64,000 nucleotides of DNA from contig DASWLM010000021.1 in the NCBI GenBank assembly GCA_036396095.1, forward strand, positions 9,071 to 73,070, written 5' to 3'. Under the pieces are notes generated by a model. That model had not been told where the DNA came from, searched no databases, and saw only the letters and a list, made by a program, of their open reading frames with translations. Source of the stretch: Dehalococcoidales bacterium. Lineage in GTDB: Bacteria; Chloroflexota; Dehalococcoidia; Dehalococcoidales; Fen-1064. The position numbers and the translations under genes were made by a program. This document shows, piece by piece, positions 28,837 through 36,505 of this stretch (its first letter is position 1; every line of letters begins with the position of its first letter).

Positions 28837-29000
28837 GATTTTTCTCCAAGAGTTTTATTACACTGGCATTGACTATAACAGGAAACCATCAAGATGTAAA
28901 TCATACTACAGAGTGAAAACAGTCTAGCTCATATCATTCTTCAGGAGTATTGAATACTAGGCACTTATTGTATACAATAGCCTTTAGGTTGACAATAAAT

Positions 29001-29909
29001 ATGAACGAAGATAATGCAGTCTTGCGCACCTCTCACCTCACCAAATATTATGGGAAGCAATGTGGTGTCGAAGACATCTCTCTTGAGGTGAGAAAGGGAG
29101 AGGTCTTCGGCTACCTGGGTCCGAATGGCGCTGGGAAGACAACGACCATCCGTACACTGCTCGATTTCATCCGCCCCACTCGCGGCGCTGCCACCATCTT
29201 CGGATTTGATAGTCGCTTGGGTAGTGTAGAGACGCGGCGCCGCATCGGCTACCTGCCCGGCGAATTATCGATGTACAGCAATCTTACTGGTGACGAACTT
29301 CTACGTTATGTTGCCAGCTTGCGGGGCGGAATTGACCTGAGTTACGCAATTGAACTGGCGAAACGGATGGATTGTGATTTGACACGGCATCTCAAGACTC
29401 TATCGCACGGCAACCGGCAGAAAATCGGATTAGTTCAGGCGTTTATGCATAAACCACAGCTCATTATCCTCGATGAACCGACTATCGGGCTGGACCCCTT
29501 GATGCAACAAGAGTTCTATCGTCTGATAGCCGAGGCGAGGACCGACGGACGTACGGTGTTTCTTTCGTCCCACATTCTGCCGGAAGTGGAGCGGGTGTGT
29601 GACCGCGTCGGCATTATCCGGGAAGGAAAGCTAGCAGCAGTGGAGACGGTCGAAACCTTGAAATCACGTGCTCTGCGGAGGCTGGAGATTCACTTTGCCC
29701 GCACCGTTCCGCAGGAAAGCTTCACGTCTGTTTCCGGCGTGCGTGACGTAATGGTGCGCGATAGTGTGTTAAGCTGTACGGTTATCGGGTCACTGGATGC
29801 GCTCATCAAGACCGCCGCCCGTTTTGAAGTGGTCAATATTGTCAGCCACGAGCCGAGCCTTGAAGAAGTTTTCTTGACCTATTACGGTGGGGGCAAGTCC
29901 CATGCTTAG
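29001..29909 (+). CDS. ABC-2 type exporter ATP-binding protein
   Basis: Walker A GPNGAGKTT, LSHGNRQK, ILDEPT. The ATG at 29001 (residue M18 of the listed ORF 28950..29909) is a guess, because neither candidate start has a well-placed SD. Confidence 0.85.
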   Translation: MNEDNAVLRTSHLTKYYGKQCGVEDISLEVRKGEVFGYLGPNGAGKTTTIRTLLDFIRPTRGAATIFGFDSRLGSVETRRRIGYLPGELSMYSNLTGDELLRYVASLRGGIDLSYAIELAKRMDCDLTRHLKTLSHGNRQKIGLVQAFMHKPQLIILDEPTIGLDPLMQQEFYRLIAEARTDGRTVFLSSHILPEVERVCDRVGIIREGKLAAVETVETLKSRALRRLEIHFARTVPQESFTSVSGVRDVMVRDSVLSCTVIGSLDALIKTAARFEVVNIVSHEPSLEEVFLTYYGGGKSHA

Positions 29910-30705
29910 AAACGTCTTTCTGAAGACTCTACGCGACCAGCGACGCTCTTTGATTTTCTGGGGTCTCGGGTTGATAGCCATCGCAGTAATCTGGACACTT
30001 TTCTACCCCAGTATCATGAATATGGAATCCATTCAACTGTATCTTGAGGAACTTCCCGAGGGCATGATGGAAATGTTCACTGGTGGTGAGGTAATCGACT
30101 ACACGTCACCGGTCGGTTATTTCAGCACAGAACTTTTTTTCTTTATGGTGCCTCTGCTATTCCTGGTTTTCGGAATCGGATTCGGAACAGGGGCAATCGC
30201 CGGTGAGGAAGAAAAGGGTACGTTGGATTTTCTGCTTGCCAACCCGGTGCCACGGTGGCGTGTGGTAGTGGAGAAATTCGGCGTGATGGTTGTTAGCATG
30301 ATATTGCTGGCATTTGTCTTCTGGGCAAGTCTGGCAATCAGTATAAAAGCAATCGATGTTGAACTCAGCCTGTTAAAACTGGCGGAAGCAACTATTAGCG
30401 TTCTGGTGCTGGGGCTGGTTTTCGGGGCGTTTTCTATATTGCTGGGATGCCTGAAGGGGAACCGTGGTATGAGCCTGGGGATTTCCGGCGGGCTGGTAGT
30501 ACTGACCTACCTCTTGAATGCCCTGGGAAGTATCGTGGACGGACTAAAGGATTACCGCTTCCTTTCGCCGTTTTATCACCACATAGAACCAAATATACTG
30601 AAAAACGGCATCGACCCGGTGCACATGCTGGTGCTGGTAGGATTGGTGGTGGTGTTCTTTGCGGCGTCCATCCCCGCTTTTACACGACGGGATATTGGGG
30701 TGTAG
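29887..30705 (+). CDS. ABC-2 family permease
   Basis: Six predicted TM helices. It overlaps the ATPase gene. An alternative ATG lies at 29902. Confidence 0.7.
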   Translation: MGASPMLRNVFLKTLRDQRRSLIFWGLGLIAIAVIWTLFYPSIMNMESIQLYLEELPEGMMEMFTGGEVIDYTSPVGYFSTELFFFMVPLLFLVFGIGFGTGAIAGEEEKGTLDFLLANPVPRWRVVVEKFGVMVVSMILLAFVFWASLAISIKAIDVELSLLKLAEATISVLVLGLVFGAFSILLGCLKGNRGMSLGISGGLVVLTYLLNALGSIVDGLKDYRFLSPFYHHIEPNILKNGIDPVHMLVLVGLVVVFFAASIPAFTRRDIGV

Positions 30706-30725
30706 AAAACCGTGATAGATTTCCC

Positions 30726-32156
30726 CTATTCTTCCAGTTGTTTTCTGATGCGGGCGTACTCCATCAATGCCCACATTGCCCGGACGCATTGTTCCGGAGT
30801 ATCGTAGCTCGGTATACCGGCATTTCTCACGATATTCCGAACAGTATCCCCGCTCCCACTGCCTCTTCCCATACCGCTTCCCATTCCTCTCAGTGTAACC
30901 ACCGGCTTGCCATATTTTTCAGGGATTGCCGCCAGCATTTCTGCACCTGCAATTGCGCTCCGTGCCATATCACCTGAGGAACCTGCCCCACGAAAGCTCG
31001 GCGAGTTGCAAATGATGCCATCGATATATTCAATTTGCGCGAGAGCGTCAGCTACCATAGCTTCGTCTTCTGCGGAACGTGTGCCACCGGCGAAGTCTAC
31101 CGGATTAGAAGGCACGGGAGCATGAGATGGCAATGCTTGCTTCAAGCGCATCCTCGTTTCCATATCGAGCGCCGGCACTTTAAGACCCAGCATTTCGCAG
31201 TTATCCGAAACCACGACTCCCTGACCACCGCTGCCAATGATGCCCACGCGATTACCTGGAGGCAGGGGCAGGTTGACCAGCGCCTCAGCCATATCGAATA
31301 TCTGAACGGTTTCATTGGCGCGTATAATCCCAACTTGCTTGCACATGGCATCGAAGACTATATCCGACCCGGCAATAGAGCTGGTATGTGACATCGTGGC
31401 ACGGGCGGCGGCTTCCGTTTTACCTGCTTTGTAGATAATGATTGGCTTCCGCCTTACGACCTCACGTGCCAGTTGAAAGAAACGGCGCCCATCCTTAAAT
31501 CCTTCCATGTAGAAAACAATGATGCCGGTGTCGTCATCCTCGGCGAAGTATTCAAGATAGTCTGCGGCTTTCAGGTCGGCTTGATTACCGATGCTAACGA
31601 ATTTACTCAGTCCGTACCCTTTAGCAGTGGCTATCTGGGCAAGCATACCTCCGAAAGTGCCGCTCTGCGATACGAATGCAATCCTCCCTTTTCTCAGTGG
31701 TTCGTCGAAAGTGAGGCTTAGTGAAACCGCTGAAGTATAGATACCATTGCCGTTGGGTCCAACGAAGCGGATGCCCGCCCGCTGAGCGATTCTCAAGACC
31801 TCATCCTGTAGCGCCTGTCCTTCTTTCCCTGTCTCGGCAAAGCCGGCGGTAATTATCACGACGCCTTTTATCCCTTTAGCCGCGCAATCAGCCATCGCCT
31901 GTGGAGCGACGGCGGCAGGAACGACAATAACTGCCATGTCGACATCATGCGGAATATCGCGCACGGTGGCATAAGCAGGCAGACCGCATATCTCTTTTTC
32001 ATTCGGGTTAACCGGATAAATAGCTCCGCGGTAACCGGACGATAGGGCATTGCTCATCATACGGAATCCCCATTTCCCCGGGGAATTGGAGGCACCAATA
32101 ACAGCGATAGCTTTCGGCTTAAATATAGGGTCGAGTTGCTTTACAATCTCCTTCAC
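30726..32156 (-). CDS. CoA-binding / succinyl-CoA-synthetase-like alpha-domain protein (ADP-forming acyl-CoA synthetase family)
   Basis: N-terminal IAVIGASNSPGKWG CoA-binding motif, followed by ligase-CoA domains. I see no ATP-grasp beta partner nearby. Confidence 0.75.
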   Translation of the reverse strand: MKEIVKQLDPIFKPKAIAVIGASNSPGKWGFRMMSNALSSGYRGAIYPVNPNEKEICGLPAYATVRDIPHDVDMAVIVVPAAVAPQAMADCAAKGIKGVVIITAGFAETGKEGQALQDEVLRIAQRAGIRFVGPNGNGIYTSAVSLSLTFDEPLRKGRIAFVSQSGTFGGMLAQIATAKGYGLSKFVSIGNQADLKAADYLEYFAEDDDTGIIVFYMEGFKDGRRFFQLAREVVRRKPIIIYKAGKTEAAARATMSHTSSIAGSDIVFDAMCKQVGIIRANETVQIFDMAEALVNLPLPPGNRVGIIGSGGQGVVVSDNCEMLGLKVPALDMETRMRLKQALPSHAPVPSNPVDFAGGTRSAEDEAMVADALAQIEYIDGIICNSPSFRGAGSSGDMARSAIAGAEMLAAIPEKYGKPVVTLRGMGSGMGRGSGSGDTVRNIVRNAGIPSYDTPEQCVRAMWALMEYARIRKQLEE

Positions 32157-32422
32157 TCTGTGTGCTCCTTCTGTCTTAAAACTAGGCTGTTATTTCCCCT
32201 GCTGAATTCAAATTATAACATTCTGAGAGAAAAATGATAAATTTCATCTGTTAGCAGTCAGCTATCAGCTCACAGTAAACCGATTTTCAAAATCAAACAT
32301 CAAATACTGAAATGAAAATAGATCATGATTCAATTTCGTTAATTTGAATTTGGATATCGTACCCAGGTTATTGACAATTCGAAAGATTACGCGTTGTGTC
32401 AGTGATGGTTCAAAGATTCTTG

Positions 32423-33040
32423 TCAGAGAAGCTTTTGAGCAGTCCTAGGTAGCCCTAAAATTTCACCTAAAAAAGAGAAATCCCCTTTTTGGTCAGCAAT
32501 ACTTCTATAAATGGAGGCTCGAGAGCCAGGATGATACATTGGCATAACCGTATATTTACCCCATTTTGCTAGTTTTCGTACCTGTCGCAGTTCGATTTGG
32601 TGTTCGTTGATAATGTGAAGTGACCGCAGAGCGCATTGACCTAATGGAACTATGAATTCAGGTTCAATAATATCGATTAATATACTTAAATGGAGAGAAC
32701 AGTTCTGGATTTCTGTTTTGTTTGGTGGCGAATTATTACCCTTTTCATCCCTCGGGTTACATAGTACGGCATTTGTGATAAATACTTGTTGTCTTGCTAG
32801 CCCAGCGAATTGAAGTAGCCGTTCGAAATTTGCCCCTGCCTTGTCGCCAAAGAAGGGAATGCCAGTCCGGTCAGCACCTAAGCGTCCAGGCGCTTCGCCG
32901 ATGAACATCACTTTAGAGTCAATGTTACCATTTTTTTCGCTTAGCACCTTGGTTCGTCCTTGCATACGCGAACACAAATTGCATCTATTAACATTTTCAA
33001 TAAGCAGGTCGAATTTCCGCCTTTTATCCGTATGAAGCAT
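32423..33040 (-). CDS. Family-4-like uracil-DNA glycosylase superfamily protein with Fe-S cysteines
   Basis: Motif A GEAPGRLGADRTGIPFFGDKAG, ITNAVLCNP, motif B YHPGSRA, and cysteines CNLC...C...C. I prefer the ATG at 33040, with GGAGG 5 nt upstream; the listed TTG at 33052 is less likely. Confidence 0.75.
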   Translation of the reverse strand: MLHTDKRRKFDLLIENVNRCNLCSRMQGRTKVLSEKNGNIDSKVMFIGEAPGRLGADRTGIPFFGDKAGANFERLLQFAGLARQQVFITNAVLCNPRDEKGNNSPPNKTEIQNCSLHLSILIDIIEPEFIVPLGQCALRSLHIINEHQIELRQVRKLAKWGKYTVMPMYHPGSRASIYRSIADQKGDFSFLGEILGLPRTAQKLL

Positions 33041-33041
33041 C

Positions 33042-34118
33042 TTAACCTCCAACTAGATTTCTTAAACAAAGCGGATCAGCTCTTTTGACTATGTCCCCAT
33101 CTTCCATAGACTCTTGTTCAATAACCTTCTGAGCAAGACATCCTGATTTACATTTCTCTAAATATGAGCAGTTAGAACATGGTTTTTCAAAAGGTGTTGT
33201 TAGATAACGTCTAATTGTTTTTAAATATTCTGATTGTTCCCAACATTCCCTCAAGGAGTGTTTATGAATATTATGGTAAGGATCATTCAACCCAATTTCG
33301 CTAGGCTCAGTATTTTTAAAGGCATCGCATGGATATATGTTACCGTTTGGTCCAATACATAGAGTGTTACTAGCTGCGTTGCAGTCGATCTTTTCATCTA
33401 AAATAAGAATATTATAAGGAGACCCTAAGCGAATATCAACGTTATAATGTCCCCTACATTCTAAGATTAAACTTCTCAATTCCAATGTTTCTTTATGCAT
33501 CAACATTTCATGGCTCTTTTTTAGAATTATACCCCGCCCTTGAGGAACAAATCGGAGAATGCTAACTTTATGAATACCCAAATTTTTGGCAAGTTCTATT
33601 AATCTATATAAATGTTTATAGTTTAGTTTGAGCGGAACAAAATGTATTTCTCTCTTTATATGATTTTTCCCCAACTCTTGTATTACTGCTAATGTTTTAT
33701 CAAAACTCCCTGCTTTTCTTGTTATTCTGTCATGCTGAATCTTTATGGGCGAATAAAGACTAAAAATAACCCTGCTTAAACCATCTTTGGTTAGGGCTAT
33801 AATTTCTTTTGATCCATCACCAGTTAGATTTATCCCCGTAGAGTATATTGAGCTCTGTAAACCATGTGCTTTACATGCTTTTACGGCATGTGCGATCCAA
33901 GGCCATAATAAAGGTTCGCCTCCAGAAAATACGATAGATTTTACGTGTAATTCTGCTGCTTGGCTGATGAGGGACAATACTGCCTTGCGGGTTAACTGAA
34001 TAGGATTACCGGAAGAAGCATCACTGGAACAATGTATGCATGAAAGAGGACAATTCTTTGTCAACTCAATTTTAACTTCTTCTAAATCACCTTCCTTAGG
34101 ATACTCATACATTCTCAT
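33042..34118 (-). CDS. Radical SAM enzyme with C-terminal SPASM/twitch domain
   Basis: CPLSCIHC (CX3CX2C) near the N-terminus. GPNGNIYPCD and CSNCSYLEKCKSGC (CX2CX5CX3C) in the C-terminal domain. Confidence 0.85.
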   Translation of the reverse strand: MRMYEYPKEGDLEEVKIELTKNCPLSCIHCSSDASSGNPIQLTRKAVLSLISQAAELHVKSIVFSGGEPLLWPWIAHAVKACKAHGLQSSIYSTGINLTGDGSKEIIALTKDGLSRVIFSLYSPIKIQHDRITRKAGSFDKTLAVIQELGKNHIKREIHFVPLKLNYKHLYRLIELAKNLGIHKVSILRFVPQGRGIILKKSHEMLMHKETLELRSLILECRGHYNVDIRLGSPYNILILDEKIDCNAASNTLCIGPNGNIYPCDAFKNTEPSEIGLNDPYHNIHKHSLRECWEQSEYLKTIRRYLTTPFEKPCSNCSYLEKCKSGCLAQKVIEQESMEDGDIVKRADPLCLRNLVGG

Positions 34119-34132
34119 GATTATTTTGGATT

Positions 34133-34756
34133 TTAACCTATCTGTTTGTGCAAACTAAATTCCAATGGCATGCCCTGCACTCCCCACTCACCACGATGAT
34201 CAAGCCAAGATTCAAACGCCATAGCGAAATCATGAGATAAGATACGATGTCCCCGGCTAATGCAGCAGAGATCTTCACTAGTCGGTCGGTATGGACGAAA
34301 GCGTTTTGGAATTGGTATAGGGTTATTCCCGAAGTAAACAAAATGTCGGGAAATAAGCAAACGGTTCACCTTTGTGTCGTGATCGGTATTCCTTGAATTT
34401 GGTTGACCTGTGTCAAGGCTATGATGCGAATCAGCTTGAACCCATTGGTAATTGTATCGATAATAGATGTTATCGCCATAAAGTTGCTTTAGGCTTCCGT
34501 TCATTAATGGCCGCTTACCTAGGAATCTAGGATCATTCCAATACGAGTCGAACTCCAAGACCTCATCTACTTTCATAGCGTAGATAAGATACCCCGCAAG
34601 ATTGTATTTTGTTTTTGCTCCAGTTCCGACTACCCAATCACCAACGGAAGCACGTGAACGAATTTGCGGTTTACACGTTGCTAATGTGCAGTATCCGTTG
34701 AAAGGATTCGGTGCGAATCCATAGTCACGCGCAACAATATAGGTGTATAGTTTCAT
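34133..34756 (-). CDS. Nmad2-like (nucleotide-modification-associated domain 2) protein, tentative
   Basis: N-terminus KLYTYIVARDYGFAPNPFNGYCTLATCKPQIR matches my memory of Nmad2-family proteins. The ATG at 34756 shares TAATG with the upstream stop. Confidence 0.45.
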   Translation of the reverse strand: MKLYTYIVARDYGFAPNPFNGYCTLATCKPQIRSRASVGDWVVGTGAKTKYNLAGYLIYAMKVDEVLEFDSYWNDPRFLGKRPLMNGSLKQLYGDNIYYRYNYQWVQADSHHSLDTGQPNSRNTDHDTKVNRLLISRHFVYFGNNPIPIPKRFRPYRPTSEDLCCISRGHRILSHDFAMAFESWLDHRGEWGVQGMPLEFSLHKQIG

Positions 34757-35235
34757 TAGCAACTAAACCTCCTAGGAGCCCATGTAGGATTTCTCGCTTC
34801 GCCGGTCTGCGGATCATCCCATACCACAATATTCCCATTGATTGCATCGACCACGCGGTCGCCCTGCCAGCCGACAATAGCTGCGTCACCACATCTCTCG
34901 AGCTCTTCAGGGATATCAGCATCCGCAGCTCCTCGTGCAAATACACCAATCACCCTTTTACCAAGCTGGTTAGCATATTGAATTTCCCAATTCACATACG
35001 GAGCCTGACCTGTATCGTGTGTGATCAGAACTACTACTGTACTTGCCCACTCGATTCTGGGCGCAAGGATCTGATATTTAATATACTGTTCGTTCTCGGC
35101 ATCGTTGGGTTTGTCGCTGGTGATCGAGCTGTCCCTGACCTCCATGCCGGCGTGCTCAATTAGCTGTTTTAATTCCGGTAGCAACGCGTCATCCTCGTGC
35201 ACATGAGAAATAAAGACGTTCTTCTTATCTACCAT
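34756..35235 (-). CDS. TIR-like domain protein (DUF1863/ThsB-type)
   Basis: NVFISHVHEDD N-terminal strand motif and YVNWEIQYA (conserved Glu). GGAGG lies 7 nt upstream of the ATG. Confidence 0.65.
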   Translation of the reverse strand: MVDKKNVFISHVHEDDALLPELKQLIEHAGMEVRDSSITSDKPNDAENEQYIKYQILAPRIEWASTVVVLITHDTGQAPYVNWEIQYANQLGKRVIGVFARGAADADIPEELERCGDAAIVGWQGDRVVDAINGNIVVWDDPQTGEARNPTWAPRRFSC

Positions 35236-35291
35236 CCCGTTTCCTCCGTCTATGAGGTTTCTTGGCTAAGGTCTAAAAACACGAGTGACGC

Positions 35292-35813
35292 TTAATCATC
35301 GCAACGAGCGCCACAGAGCTTCTTCAGTTCTGACTGGTATTGTTCTAAGTTATGCTGAAGTTCCTTAAATGCTTTCTCAAATTCGTTCAGCTTTGGCCAT
35401 TCTTTCTCATACTCAACTCTGCTCTTTTGCGCAGTATTATATTTGCTTTCATGAAGTTGGAGTTCATAGTGCCATTTGGTGAGGAAAGGGCGTAATCCTT
35501 TGTTTAGAAACTCGATAGCCAATGGTGCAAGAGAATTTCTACCGTGGGCGATAGAAGGTCCCGATTGGCTCAGAATCCTTCGTGTTTCTCCAAATAAAGC
35601 ATAAATAGAATTCAAGGCTTCTCTGATGGAACCATATTCAGGATCAACTGGTTGTACAGGGACTCTTGTGGATATTTCTATATATAACGACCATGCGGCT
35701 CTTATCTCGGAATCCTCGGGTACAAAGGTTGCACTCCCAGCATATGGGACGTTCATCGTGACACTCTCTAATTTTACTCCGGGATGTCCGCTTCTTTTGA
35801 AAGGATTCTTCAC
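35292..35813 (-). CDS. Hypothetical 173-aa, probably helical protein
   Basis: GTG start. I recognise no motif. It is sandwiched between the two TIR-like genes on the same strand. Confidence 0.5.
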   Translation of the reverse strand: MKNPFKRSGHPGVKLESVTMNVPYAGSATFVPEDSEIRAAWSLYIEISTRVPVQPVDPEYGSIREALNSIYALFGETRRILSQSGPSIAHGRNSLAPLAIEFLNKGLRPFLTKWHYELQLHESKYNTAQKSRVEYEKEWPKLNEFEKAFKELQHNLEQYQSELKKLCGARCDD

Positions 35814-35881
35814 GTCCTTTGGACCTCTTTATCCCTTAATATAAGGGCATTTTTACTTAGGGATTAAATGATAAGGATTTT

Positions 35882-36349
35882 CTATTTGTTTGGATCTTGC
35901 TCTATCCATTTATCAATCGCATCTGGATCCCAACTCATGTACATGGTTGATCGACCATTCAATAGAACATCGGGAATCCTAGCATTATCACACCCCTTCA
36001 ATCTCATACCTCGAATACGTTTCCAAGTTTCCCCTGGCAATCTGCTTTTCATTTCATAAAAGGCGTCAACTTCCCACTGAACCCAATCGCTTTGCCAAGT
36101 ATTCTGACCCACGAGAACAACCAACTTGGAGGCGCGCTGAAATTTATCGATAATTTCATCCCTTATGGGTTTAGACCTAGCGTCATCTGGCGGATACTTG
36201 ATAATTTTGCCCGTCCAATCCCTTACAGGTTCTTTCAGTGAATGGTCATGGAAATCAAGGGGATGATTAGGATTTTTAATGAGTGACGTGAATCCATTTA
36301 CTTGGTCAGCGTCATCATGGTCAAAACTGACAAAAACATTCGTAGCCAT
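35882..36349 (-). CDS. TIR-like domain protein (DUF1863/ThsB-type)
   Basis: NVFVSFDHDDAD, KLVVLVGQNTWQSDWVQWEVD (WxxWE glutamate motif). Confidence 0.7.
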   Translation of the reverse strand: MATNVFVSFDHDDADQVNGFTSLIKNPNHPLDFHDHSLKEPVRDWTGKIIKYPPDDARSKPIRDEIIDKFQRASKLVVLVGQNTWQSDWVQWEVDAFYEMKSRLPGETWKRIRGMRLKGCDNARIPDVLLNGRSTMYMSWDPDAIDKWIEQDPNK

Positions 36350-36394
36350 TTTGGGCTTCTCCCGAAAAATTGTCTTGCCGAAGGAGTTGTCCCT

Positions 36395-36423
36395 AGTTTA
36401 GTAGTTAAATTAAAATTTGTCAA
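36395..36423 (-). promoter_or_regulatory. Putative promoter of the TIR-like/Nmad2/rSAM/UDG cassette
   Basis: The minus strand reads TTGACA-17 nt-TAAACT, with the -10 about 45 nt upstream of the ATG at 36349. Confidence 0.5.
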
Positions 36424-36505
36424 CCTAAGAACCATTGCCTGAAGCTGCCACGATCTAGTAAAAAGTTGATTCCCTTTTTGGCTTTTTGTGAAAATTAATC
36501 CCACC

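Noticed and set aside
28946-28979. Palindromes AGTATTGAATACT (28946-28958) and TATTGTATACAATA (28966-28979) upstream of the ABC ATPase gene. The second is GntR-operator-like (TnGTnnnACnA).
   Set aside because: A perfect 14-bp palindrome is expected several times per 64 kb by chance (about 64000 divided by 4^7). No regulator gene is adjacent. I kept this as a note only.
28950-29000. The TTG at 28950 as the start of the ABC ATPase (as listed in the ORF track).
   Set aside because: The nearby AGGAG is only 2 nt from that TTG. The first 17 residues (MNTRHLLYTIAFRLTIN) also precede the conserved ABC N-terminus. I therefore chose the ATG at 29001, although it also lacks a clear SD, so the start remains uncertain.
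4274-36349. Reading the SIR2-like gene (4274..5362) and the TIR-like genes (34756..36349) as one Thoeris system.
   Set aside because: They are about 30 kb apart and separated by housekeeping operons. The SIR2-like protein also lacks a SLOG domain. I treat them as independent loci.
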